The notes below the pieces were generated by a model. The model saw only the letters and a list, made by a program, of their open reading frames with translations, ran no database searches and had not been told where the DNA came from. From assembly GCA_965285935.1 (NCBI GenBank), contig OZ260666.1:40610001-40674000 (forward strand): a stretch of DNA of 64,000 nucleotides, read 5' to 3'. This DNA is from Ophelia neglecta. Its lineage: Eukaryota. Of the stretch, positions 26,449 to 39,500 are shown piece after piece. The position numbers and the translations under genes were made by a program. Each line of letters opens with the position of its first letter. Position 1 is the first letter of the stretch.

Positions 26449-27565
26449 ATGACGATGGAAACCATGAGCGAATTGCCGGATCAGCCGCTCACAACAGATC
26501 AGCCGCTAGCGGAGAGCTCTACCCCCCTGAGCGTGGCGGAGCCTGTCAGTCACGCTGATTTAATCAACACGGACGACCTCTCGCCCAGCATTTCTCGATC
26601 CAGTGCCGTGGCAGTCAGTGTGTCCAGCATGATCGACAGCAGCGACTACCGGTCGCAGATGCCGGAGCCTACATATCAGACCCTCAATGGGAGGATGAGT
26701 CCGGGGTACAACCCTAACAACAGTTATGCCACCCTCACGCCGTTGCAGCCCCTACCCCCAATTTCGACAGTGTCCGATAAGTTCGGGGCAGGATCACCCA
26801 ACGTGAGTGGGAGCTTCACACTTATGCAGAATAACCAGCTAAACAGTCTGGGTATGGGAATGACGAACAATTTGAACAATCTCAGTATGGACATGAACTC
26901 ATACCGCTATGACAAAATCAGCAGTATGGGCATGGGCAATTTAGGCAACCTCGGGAATTTAGGCCCAAGTTTGGGCTCACACTCACCCATGTCTATGATG
27001 ACCAACCACAATGGATATGCACCACAGCCCCAGAGTATAGGGTCTTACTCCTACAACCAGAATGGTTTACCATCACCAAAGCCTGAACACAAGATGATGA
27101 GTCCAAACGTAGTGAGTTCCTACGATTCCTACTCAGTTTCGAGGGGGTTAGCAGCACCCCCCAACCGTCTGCATTCTCCCAATCCTGTGATGCCAACAAC
27201 CCTAAATGGTCTTCACCACCAAACACATACCTCTTCACCACATAGCCATCACTCGCTCGGACTGTCGGGACAGACGAGAATAGGGCCGAATTCGTCCACA
27301 GATACACAGGGTTCCAAACAGGAGGTTGAAGAAATAAACACAAAAGAGTTAGCGCAGAAAATCAGCAGCGAATTAAAACGCTACAGCATACCACAGGCAG
27401 TTTTCGCACAACGAGTCCTATGTCGAAGTCAGGGAACGCTAAGCGACCTACTACGCAACCCCAAACCCTGGAGCAAATTGAAGAGCGGTCGTGAAACTTT
27501 TCGACGGATGTGGAAGTGGCTTCAAGAACCTGAATTTCAGAGAATGTCCGCTCTGAGGTTGGCAG
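26449..27565 (+). CDS. ONECUT: ONECUT/HNF6-class CUT-homeodomain transcription factor, coding exon 1 (N-terminus plus complete CUT domain); the homeodomain exon lies beyond the window
   Basis: CUT domain EEINTKELAQKISSELKRYSIPQAVFAQRVLCRSQGTLSDLLRNPKPWSKLKSGRETFRRMWKWLQEPEFQRMSALRLA (about 27328-27564). TP box YATLTPLQPLPPISTVSDKF (26725-26784) and NVSGSFTLM motif. Donor GCAG|GTGGGT at 27565/27566 in phase 1, at the position typical of ONECUT genes. The ORF-track tail to 27636 is read-through into the intron. Confidence 0.97.
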
Positions 27566-30500
27566 GTGGGTGTCTTAATGGTAAATACTCATTTTTCTTC
27601 CTTTCCATTTTATTTGGTCAAAATATTCGTAAGTAATTTTATTGCTATAATTTGGGCCTGTTTGAGAGTGGTAGTCTTACTAAGCTTTTGGCCCATTCAA
27701 ATCTTTACTAAACTTAGTGTGAATAAAGTGCTTTTTAGTAGAGACTATCTTGTAAAAACTTTTAAAATGAAATCTGTTGCACTTTTGTCTGCTTTAAGAT
27801 ATGCATTAGGCCTTTACAATGCTACTAGATTATTTCTATCCTAAACTTGTTTCAAGTATTACTACTGTTTGTTTCATTTTCATACATATACTAGCACTTG
27901 ATATCTATCTTATTTGCTTTGTAATAACTTGATATTCTATTGCTACAGAACCTATGCTTCAACTTTTATCATTACAGTATTTGCTTAATGCTAGCACAGT
28001 ATCACTAATGAACACTCCCCTTCTTATCAGTCACTATACTAAACCTAGTTGCTACTCTATTAAGTCTTGTCTATCAAAGCTATATTGATAACTATCTGCT
28101 AATATTTTGATAGAGATTTACTCATGGGGTCTCCTTATAGGTCTGACTTATCCAGTAATAAATACCCAGTGGTATTTCATTTTAAGTATAAATCCAGTTA
28201 TATGAGATAGGCTATTTGGTAATCCCTTTATTAGTAGATTAGTGTGTGGTGCTCGCCATTCACTCTATGTGTTTATTTCTTTATTCATGTGCAATGGCGT
28301 TGCACAGAAATGTGTATAACAAGTATGCACATGACTCCGCAGGATATACAGTTCACTGGAATAACCCTTTGTGCTTTTGTACCAACTTTACCAAGTCCTA
28401 CTTTGCTGTGACACATACTGTTTTTGTGCTGTTTCATTTCCAAACCTTCTATTCCATACACTTGGTAGTGCTGTGTTTGACTGTATACTAGAGTGTTTGA
28501 AATGATCTAGAACTTGTTTCATCTTGTCACATTATATTGAAAGACTGTTTCGCTTGTTTACATCGCCATAGAATGTCAGCGGCAGTGTTCTCCGGTGCAA
28601 AAGGCGCATGGATTCGCTGACATAAGCCTAGAGCTATGATGATTTGTGTGGATTAGCGTTGGTTGACAGTGGCCGTAGATTTGGACACTGGCGGAAAGTG
28701 TGCCAGGTATAAGCTCGTGTCAGGTGGATAGGCCAGCTTGTGTCTGACCGTATCTACTGAAGTGTAAATTATCAATAATGCATGGGCCTCATCCCATTGA
28801 CAGCTTCATATTCTCTGCTGTCATAATCAGTCCCATTACATGTTACCCTCCTACAACAATGAATATATTCTACCCTCTACAAATGGTGAGTTTTGTCTAT
28901 TAAACATCTCTGTGAAGCCACTCGGCCTGTTTGAGCTATTGACAGACTTGTAAAACTGTTCTGGGTCCACATGGTAGAGTTGTGATCGATAACATGTGGC
29001 TGAATGAAGCATGTAGGGGGAATTCCAAATATTAGTTCACACTTTTATATCACACCTTTCCTGCTTATAGCCCTCTATTTACCTGGACCAGATGTCACTG
29101 TGGCGGAAGATATTGTAATGTCCATTATGTGGTCATTGTATGGGTATGACAAAGGCTTTAATTTTATTGTGCAAATCACACTAGTCATCTGCATTGTATG
29201 TATATACATGATTCTATACATGATGTATGGGTGCAGTGACTATGGTATTCAAGTGAAATGCCTTGTTCATTACAAATGTGAAAATACCCAGCTGGTACAG
29301 GGACTTGAACTGCCTTTTCATAATACTTCTTTCTGTTAAGCCTTTCTCGGCTTACTCTGAAGCTGTCAGCAATACACATGATCAGGTGTTACTCTCGTTA
29401 CATCCCCTTCTATTCACAGCCATTGTACGGTTACAAGATGCAGCAGCTGAAAACTCTTTACCAGATTGGAATTCCTGTAAATACCAGATTTATCCCAATT
29501 AAAGTAATTAAGAAAATCATGTTGGCATTGGCCTTCCATTTATCTAATCATGTGAGGTGCAGTCCCCCTGCGCCAGACCAGCTAGCCAAGGCTGGAGGCA
29601 CGCAGGCTTTACTAGGCTTACAGCCGTAAATTATCAACTCATATTCACATTCATGTATAATCCAGTCTATTCATACCAGAATAATCCTACTGCTTGTCAT
29701 GCATATTTTACTTTCCAGCTTTATTTGCTATGCATTTGATGCTAAATAGAATTTTCACCCCAGAACACTGTGTCATAAAGCGAAGAATTATATTTGATTT
29801 CACCAAGGTGCATATTAGGATAATGCATTTACTATCACAAAAGCAAATAAGGGACATTTAGCATGCTTACTCAGTTGTAGGGGCTTCAGCCTAATAACCC
29901 CCACGGCAAGCACAAAAGAAACCAGTCTGCGGGCTGTACAACGTCTGTGGCCAGAATCTCTCCTCGAGTACAATTTCTTGCACTCAATTTGGCGGATAAA
30001 TTTCCTGCGATTGGCTTTCATGTCTCTAGCAAACTAGATTGTATGCCGTGGCATGGTTTGGCAATAATTTCCCCACAAAATGTGCCAGAAGTCTGAAGAG
30101 GTTAGGGTGGACCTTTGAGTGCTATAGGGACTGGGCAGGCGGCCCTAAATTTGGCGGACCCATGCCAGTCACAGTTGTATGCTTGTTTGTAAAAAAAGAA
30201 CTCTCCATAGCAAGGAGGTTATCATTGACATTGACTTAGGGACCCCTCACATTGAAGCTGACTAACTAGAGCTGATTGGTGGCCATTGTTATGGCTAGGT
30301 AATCAGTAGAAGGAAATACAGCATAAATAGGCCGAAAACCATGCCTACTGAATGATGATTAGGATGATTTCTCAGCTCTTTCGTGCCTTAATTGGTCACG
30401 AGGTGCAGCGAGAAATCCCGCGAGCTGAATATTTGCCCAGCTTCGGCGTTACCCTATTGCCGTTCGGTTGAGGCTGCTGTGTCACTCCATGTATCTTGGC

Positions 30501-33500
30501 GCTGTAAAAGCAAATGGAGATCATGGCAGAGAGATCATAGACCAGGTCGTCAAATGCCTGTAGAGAAATGTTTTAGACATCTCTGACTGCCACTGCCGCA
30601 CATAAAATCAGCCAGCTACGGCAAAATTCCATCAAGGCCTAGCGGCAGACTCTCGGCAGACTCTCGGCCTGCCACTGATTCCTAGCCGTCTTATGTATGA
30701 TACGGCAGTATTATTTGCTTTATAATTGTAGTGCAATAAAATTTGAATCGCTGCTAAACGTCCCTTGGAAATGCTGAGCAGGGGGTTAATTTAGTTTTAT
30801 TGAGTCTTTAATATCCATGAATACAAGAGAAGCTATTAGATGTGGAATGGTGTGGGAGAGCTTATTGAGGAGGTAATGTGGTGGCTTTACCTGAGCTACC
30901 TGAGTCGCCCCCTAATGGCTCTGTCTATAATTGGTATTCTTGCTCTAGTGCAAACAAAGTCAGCTGAAATAGCATTGCCTCAATGATGTTTGATAGCGTG
31001 TGGCAGCTTTGGAAATGGATCTACAATCCACAAAAGCAATGGAGTTGGCTAATACTGTTATTGTGATATTTGTGCTAGATTATAGACAAGTGGTGTTGAA
31101 AACCTCAGTTTCCTGCAATGCATTTTCACCGAGTGGTTTTTATTTTTATTCCTAGCCTTATGCTTAAGGAGAAAAATGCTGCATTTCAGGAACATGACGT
31201 TGCCAGCTGCTGTCATAGATGTGACAAAAATTTCATTCAGGAATACTTCACATGAATAGCATTATATTTAAGTCATTATTAACAATATTTTGGTGTCCTT
31301 CAAATAGTATGATGTTTATTTCATGAAGTCAAGGTGTGGCACACTTCAAGTCACATGTCAGAACTCTAGTCTCTATTGTCCGGCAAAAAATGATGCATGC
31401 TGTATTGTCAGCCCTTTACACCACTATAGCTTTCACTCTGTCCATTGTAGTTTAATGAAAAGAGGTAAGTGGCACCTATAATTGTTTATAATTTAGGTGT
31501 TGGATGCACCCATGCACCATAACGTTCTTTGCATTGTGCCATCTACACATGTGTATAACAAGAGGGTCTGAGTTCAAGGCTTTGAATCTAATTTCAGACT
31601 AATAGACTAATGATTATCAAGTCTAATTAAAAATTGGCCGGTCAAGTAAACTTCAAGGTTAATTAGTCCCATAACATGAGGGACATAGGCCAAATTTAAA
31701 AAATAAAGATACCTCAGTCTAGTAAACGAAAAAGTTAGCTTCAAAACATGGAGTTCATGCCCGTGGCAAAGTGAAAGCATTGTATAATAAGCCTAGCTCA
31801 GCATTAAATGGATAATGTTATGCTTACCAATGAAGAAAAAATGTTCAAATAATTGTTCACTTTTGTATTAAAGTGTAAACTTGGGAAAAGCTAACTTGAA
31901 GTGGACCAGTTAGAACATGAATACACATAGTATATGACGTTTGGCTCATATAATTTGAAACCTTAAAGACTTAATTTGTCTTGAAAATGTAAAATTTGTA
32001 CCAGATAACTTCATTAGATGCCATTTCAACCATATATTAGATTTGGCCATCATTGTAGTGGCATTCTAAATAAATTGAGGGTGGCTCGGTGCTTAGGGAT
32101 TTGGTCATGTATGGGCATGCTGCCACCATGTAGAACTCATTAAACTCTATTATTCCATTGGCCAAATCATCCTTATAATAAAGCCAATATTTGAATGGGA
32201 GGGCTAGAGATTAGAATGGGGAGTACAGCTCACAAAGCTTGAATCAGTGCTCCACTTGTATGTCCATGAGGCTTGACCCCAGATGTGTGCTTAGATATCC
32301 TGTGGAAGGGCACTGATGCTGGGAGACCTTGCCCTTACTCTGCATCTATGATGTCATTTATACTTTCAGAGAATTTCTGTGTTATTGGTGTTAGAATTTA
32401 CATAGATTATATAGGTCACTTTGTCCTTTATGTATACCTTATGCCTGTAAACCTGATAGTGCCAATATCCTTTATTAATATTGCATGTCAGGACAGGTCA
32501 ACAACAAAAACACAGTAAAACACTCTAAATCTACTACCAAAGATCTGTGGCAATACCATCTAAACCCTGTATTGGTTCAGCTTTGGTTCAGTGGATGGAA
32601 TTTCATTATTTTGACATTTTGTGTGGGCATGCTGAACTTGCTGGCAGGTACCATGCACAAGTAGAAGGCAAATGCAAACTATTTTAGCATGGCTAGTGTT
32701 ATAGTATCTTCCCGATGGAAAACATGCCCTTGGCATAACGGGTGTTTTATAGGGCATTGCCACATAAATTTTTACGAGCAGAGGGAAAAATCGGTGCAAT
32801 CCACATCACATGGGATAATACCACAATGTAGCAATAATAAATATGTTGGGCGAGTTATGCCTAGTGCTATAAATTTCTGGCGTTTACTGGGCAATTTGAT
32901 GTATTAAGGTCTAGTTTTCACATGGAGAATTCCACTCTCACTTGATGTATCTTTTCTGACATCACAAATTCTTCTCTTGTGGGCCTGCTCTACTCCCAGA
33001 ATTTCATTTAGCCCCTTATGAAAATAACATCTGGGCGCCATAAATTTTGTTCCCTCACTTAGCCATAGTTAGGGTGTGAGTTGCCTTGTTATTATTCTGG
33101 GAAATGTCACATTATGTGTTATAAATACTGGAAGCCTCCTTCCTTGCTTCAGTCCCATATACTATAATACTAAAATAGGGTACCCACGTGATGGAGAGGC
33201 CTTGTGGCATGTGGGTCAAGCCTTAAATTCCTTTGTTTAACTGTCTTTTAGTTTAGTTATATATGGTAAGATGATAGGTGATATACAGGTAAAATAACTA
33301 ATGTCAGTGCCAGTTAGTTTTTAGACATGGGCAGGTATAGTACAAATACCAATACTGTACTTCTGTGTCAATGGACAAGTCCGTTATTTGGATTGATATG
33401 TTTTTGGGATGTGTAGAGATGTGTAATTTGGAGTCTACGGTGTTGGTTCAGTCTGTCTCAATGGCGAAGATGAGTCTGTAGAGGATCGTGATCATTAAAT

Positions 33501-36500
33501 CAAAGTCCTCTTTCTTTCTGACCTCAAATGTTTGGCTTTTTTCTTTTGTACTTGAGCACATATCCGGCATTGCCAATGTGACTGAGGTACTGATGAAATG
33601 AGTTCATCCCGCCCCTCGCTGGAGAAGGCTCACAAAACACGCGAGAGTAGCATCATAAAATCTGCCAAGTGCTTTAGCCTTACACCTCCCTTCAATGAAT
33701 CGATGCTATGCTGAGGGATTGTAACAGCAGAACAAAACTATCACCAATCATTATGATTTTAAGGCATTTTATTGGATTTCGCTCAGTGTTTTGGCTGTTC
33801 AATAGCTGTTGGTGGCTTTGATAACTAGTTGAATGTTGGTTTAGGAGTCAATAGGGCCAATGATTTGGGCTCGAGGGCCTGGCCTCCAGTCACACTATTG
33901 GAATCCAATGCTCTGACTTCCTATTGTGACATTGGTGGCTTGCCTACTTCAGAAGGCAGTTAGAGAAGCTAGTGTTGTGTGTCTGCTGCTAATCCCCTGC
34001 AATGGCCATACAAGCCATCGTGAAGAACATTCCAAGAAAATATCTCTAGTGCATGCCAGTCAGCTATGTTTGGTGGCACTTTTGTCTTGAGGCTGCAGCT
34101 CCCCCATCCCTTGTGCAGTAATATAAGGCATGTCTCCGAGCCGGTCGAGCCGGTCGTCTTGCCAGCCAGGCTAAAGTGACCTATTTTGGCGTCAGTGTAG
34201 TAGATTTAGGCTAGGCGTTAACGTCCAAGCCCGCACTGGAGAATTGAGATGTTTATCATTGCTTCTGCACCCGACGTTGTGCAGTGCCATTTTATAAATC
34301 ATTTTCTCCAGTCAGATTCTTCACATTGTAACTGGACTAAATCCTTGGGGTGTCATCCATGATCTTGGGACAGGATTCTGCTAGGAATTCCCTACAGGCC
34401 AGACTGAATCTGAGGCTATTTTTGCATAGAACCAAACCTGGCAAACAGTTATATAAATCTTGAAAGATAGTAACATGTTAGACTCTTTTAACATGTTAAA
34501 ACCATGTAACCACTATTTGATAATGATTCATTCACAGTGGGTAAGATTCAAAGACAAAGTTTAAGGAAAAAGATCCACTTTATATGATAAACTGATACTT
34601 AGTTAACAGGACTTAAAGGTGCTTTAGAAATGTCTGGGAGCGAAAAGAGCAGATATAAGAAATCCGTTCGTCTTCTCGGTGCATTACAAGCCTGTCTTTT
34701 GAGCATCACAGTACTTAAAGCTAATTGGACTTTGTCACTGAATCTATCAGCTACCTGTTCTGAACTAAGAAGCCTACTTAATCTAGCAACCCTTTGCAAT
34801 TTATATCCTTCCATTACAGAGAGTTTCTGGGCTAAAAACCAATTTGGTCACCAATATTTCTTAATTACTTGTGTAATTTTCAGTGGTTCTACCCCCTCTA
34901 CCCTGAAAGCTCAGATAACTGATATAAATGCAAAGAAATGCATCTTTTTTCCACAATAATGCATGGAGAGCTGTTTCCTTAATCAGAAGTGGTACAAATT
35001 CCATGTGGCGGGACAAGTTTCTAATTGCAGCAAGGGCACACTAAATGTACATCAATCATTTTTATCATCCACACATCATGCCACCATTTTAGACTTGTGC
35101 AACTGTTGTGAAGTTCTTCCTGTCCTCTGTGGTAATTCTACTGTAGGTGACAGGCCAAAACCGAATTTGGTGGCTTGGCTGCCGGTAAAAGTATGAAATA
35201 GAAGCGTTATCTTTGACTGGACAGGGATAAAATGTGTGAATATCCTATTACCAGAGGATCAAGCACATAGCCATCACTTAAATCGCCCTTATCAAGAATA
35301 ACTGCATGGCCATTTTTATATTTTACATGCAGACAGAGTTGCCACAGAACAAAATAAAGGCTAAATATATGCATGCCCTTGGTGTTGGTGGCTGGGGAGA
35401 CTTAGAACTAGAGGATACCATTCTTTGCCTTTTACCAGTCTATGGTTTAGCATGTAGATAGTAAATGAAAATTTGATGGATTTTCACTGGTCATTGGGTT
35501 GGAAGTAAATCGTCCATTTCCTTGCAGAAAGGAACGGGCGTCAGCAAGAAAAGATATTTTATATGGTCAGTTAGGCGAGGGTTTGCCCTGCATGATGAAT
35601 CACTGCCCTGTACACCAGTGAGCGAGACACTATATTACATGACAGATGAATTAATACAGGCACTGATAGCCCTTACCCCACTTATGCAAATACTTTGAGC
35701 ATGGATGAATATTAGTTTGGCCTTTTGGACAGCTCCGCTGCGATGCTAGGGGCAGTTCGTGTGAACCCATGACCATTGTAAAATGAAAGGCCTCATAGCA
35801 ATGTCCATGTACACTATCAAAGTTTGATTAAAGTAGGCTAGCTCCCTTTGGAGAAATCACACTGACCATTAGTAGGCCAACACTTTGGACTTAAACTACG
35901 CTGTCCATATTTGTAAATTATGAGTGATTTTGCATGTTTAGTGCATTAGGCTGGCTAGACTGGTTATTAAGGTAGATGTTTCAAAGGGTGTCCACCTAAG
36001 CTTGAGTAAATGTGATAGCGGAGATTAAAAAGTGCTGGCTGGCAGTTGCATACTGCTCTAGTTTGTTTTCCCCATCTCACTGGATGCCGTGGGGCAAGCC
36101 TCGGCTGTAACATCGCTTTGCAAATGCTGATCAAAGAGATCTGGCCAAACAGAACACAACCAAGGCTTCTCTGACACTGTGTGTACATGTCTCAGGGCCT
36201 CATGGCTCAGAGCCAGCCGCCCAGAATCTGGCTGGCTATACTCTCCTCCTGTGTATTCCAAGTCCACAAGATGACGTTGATATTTCAGCCGGTCCATGTT
36301 GAACTTGGAACTGCATTTTATAATGCTAGGCTCTTTTGGTCATTAGTGCTCATATATTTTTTGGGGCCTTCAGAATTAACACAAGGTCATGACTGTATGA
36401 CATGACTTGTGTCATGGTTTCATAGACTTTACAAAAGTTAGTTTATTAGTCATATTTTGGGCCTGGCCAGATTCTCAAGAGTCATGTGTGAAGTCTTTCA

Positions 36501-39500
36501 AGTTGGTGTGCGTCTGCTTCCTCGCAAGGTTTCTTTATCATCTTAACACAAGGTTCATTTCAAAGATGATTGGGACTATTCAAGTGGACACCAGATTAAC
36601 GTAAAGGGAAAATCCCCATGAATTCTGGGTCAGCAGGCATCAGTTTCAAAGGAACAGTTATAGGTATTTAAAGGGAAAAAAGTGTGTGCCGGTTAGCTAT
36701 GGTACAAAAGTAGACCCAGTTATCAAAGCACAGTGGGTTGGATGGAGTGCTGTGTGCCTGTCTGCTGCCTACACAAGGGCTGCCAAGGGTCAGCCAAGAT
36801 TGCGGCTGCCTTCAGAGAGTCTGGTAGGCTGCTGAGGGAGCCTGGCTCGCATGATGCTGGCCTCTTGTGCTCATAGCTCACACAACCCTCCGGAGGTTTA
36901 CGCAGTCACATCGCTCGTCATGGAAATCCCCGCCACAGCCAGCTAGAGGGCTGCCAGCCCCACAAAGATAGTCCAACAAATTTTGCTTGGCGGTAAAGAA
37001 TTGTTCATAAGAAATCTCCCACAATGAGCCAAATGAGCTTGTCTATGTTGTTCCCCAAAAATAAGGGCACTATTAATAGATATCATGTGGGGATTAATTT
37101 GGGTGTGAGGTTGGGTTTCTGTTGATGGTAGAATGGCTGTGGCGGCCTCAGCTCAGTGGCTGACACCACTGTACAGTGTCCACTTACTCTGGAATGCCAT
37201 CACGCACAGTGACGGTGCCACCGACGCCGCCTGCCTCTCACACAAGACAGCCTGATAACATTGGGGTTCTAATCAAAGCCTGCTGGAGCATTTAATGTAA
37301 TTTTATCAGTATGTGACAATGGCAGTGCCTCCAATTTCTGCCTTTAGAAGTAAAGCTGAGCCCTGGTGGCAGGCCTGATCGGCATGGGACCCAGATCATC
37401 CAATAGCAGACCCAGAGCAAAAGCCCAAATGTTGGAGATTAGACAGCAAATACAATCTCTTGCATCGCACTGTGTTTCCTCCGTCGAGCCTTTATCCACT
37501 TTCAGGGCTCTTCAGCATGTTCGCTCAAAATCTCCTAACATGATCGCGGATATGACCTTTTGAAGAGCGGTCGAGCTGCTAGATACTATCTGAGGCTTTA
37601 GACATACTCAAACCCTAACCATAAAACACCTTTACCTTCAGTTACATCTGTCTCCAGACATCCTAACACTGCTGAAGGCAAAGCAGGCCAGATTTGTCTT
37701 AATGGCCTTAAAGGCAAATCCAGATCATTGGCTAAGCCAAGCAGTACTGCTTGGCTTTATTTATAAACTGAATAGCTGTGCATAGATACATATTTATAGT
37801 AGTTGCAGGGATAATATATAGTTGAATGGCAGTACCCTCCAATAAGTGGCCCCCTTGTTTACTGTGGAGACCTTGAGATCTGACATTGTGTTCATGGCCG
37901 TGCCCTAGCTCTGCCAGGGACCAGCCCCACTCTCCATGGCAACCATGCATGCATTTATAATTGCTCCCTGACCATGAAGTGTGGTTGGGATGGCGATTGC
38001 GGCTTGGCACAGCCCCCATTCACTGTATTACAGATCCCCACACATGCTGGCTCCAAATAAAACCCACGCCTTTTAAACTCCCTTGTTTGGTGAAAGCCAC
38101 CGCAGAACTCGCTAGGCCCATTTCATGGACGAATTAAAATTATGAAGCACTCTCGGAAGCAATATTGAAGCATTTATTCTGAGTCCCATTCTGTGAGGTT
38201 GAATTGGTCCTGAGTCCAGAGTCGTTTGGCACTTTCAGACAGACTGGGTTGAATGGTTCAGATATCAGAATCATAATTTAGCACAGAAAATACCAGCTTT
38301 GTGACCCTTGACCTGCAAGATTATTGTAATTAATGCATTCTGTACTATTTGAAATTATTTTTTCTAAAGAATTTGACTAGCTCATTTTGCAATTATTTTA
38401 TTTGGAAAAAAATTCCCATAAAAATTACCCCAAATAATATTATATGAATGTGCTAAACTTGTGTGAATGTTAATCCTAGTACAAACATTAATCACCACAG
38501 ATATTCACTGCTCAGGTAAGACTCCTGTATTATCACATACATAAACAAAACCTTCCGGACCAATCTGAACAATTTATTGATACATAAATCAGTAATAAAA
38601 ATATTGTATTCCATTATTCCATTGTCAGATCAATTGAATTTATTTGATGTACACTAGTGAAATTAACATTGCTTTAATTGGCACCATGCCTATAAAAACT
38701 GAAGGAAACAAAAAAACGCCCTAAAACACCATACTGGATAATTACCACAAACATGTACATGATGTACATGTGTGTTAAGCTGGACCAGGCTAGTGATCAT
38801 TACCATACTGGTATTAGAATGTGTTGGTATAGTCTCTATAAAGTTCAAAGGGGCTCAACAATATTACTAAAGCAGTTGTTGTCATTAGTGTCCTTAATTC
38901 TGTTAATGATAGATATATGGCATGGCTTGGTATGCAGGAAATAGTAAAATTAAATGAATATGTTCATTTCCCTTGATTGGGAGATAGGTGTATCTAACAA
39001 GTAGATATGTCTTGTTAAGGCTGGTGACATTGGCCCCTGTCAATGACTAATGGCTGTTTTGTTTCAATCAAAATGTTTCCTGCGGCCATTTCCTCTGAAC
39101 AATAAGACAACATTTGGCCGTGTTGGGGCCAGGTGTGGTAACCAATTTATATCAGGCGCACTCTCAGAAAACAACCTGATCAAATAATAACAAGTTTGGC
39201 CATGTTGAACTTTGTCCTGTGGAATAATTAAAACTCCCCGTGATGACTTCTGGCATTGTGCCTGCCTCGTACAGATTATATCTAATAGATCTAGATGGCG
39301 TGTCTAAAATACGAAAGTGGAAATTGGACAAGGGTACATAAGGTGGGTACTGATGTAACTGGAGGAGACTGACATGGCTGGAGCACAAAGACTATATATG
39401 TACAAGTGGTGTGGAGTGTACACAAGTGATTAGGGCCATCCCGACCATATGTCTTCACTGCACCATAGGCACACGATGACAGGTGTGGTCAATTAAACTG

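Noticed and set aside
26800-26808. AAC|GTGAGT donor-like site inside ONECUT exon 1
   Set aside because: It coincides with the conserved NVS codons, the frame stays open and homologous beyond it, and splicing there would delete the CUT domain.
26993-27343. 116-aa minus-strand ORF
   Set aside because: Antisense shadow of the ONECUT coding exon with no independent homology.
27566-27636. ORF-track C-terminus GGCLNGKYSFFFLSILFGQNIRK as the normal end of ONECUT
   Set aside because: Homology stops at RMSALRLA, where a phase-1 GT donor lies, and the homeodomain is missing. Treated as intron read-through and kept only as an isoform hypothesis.
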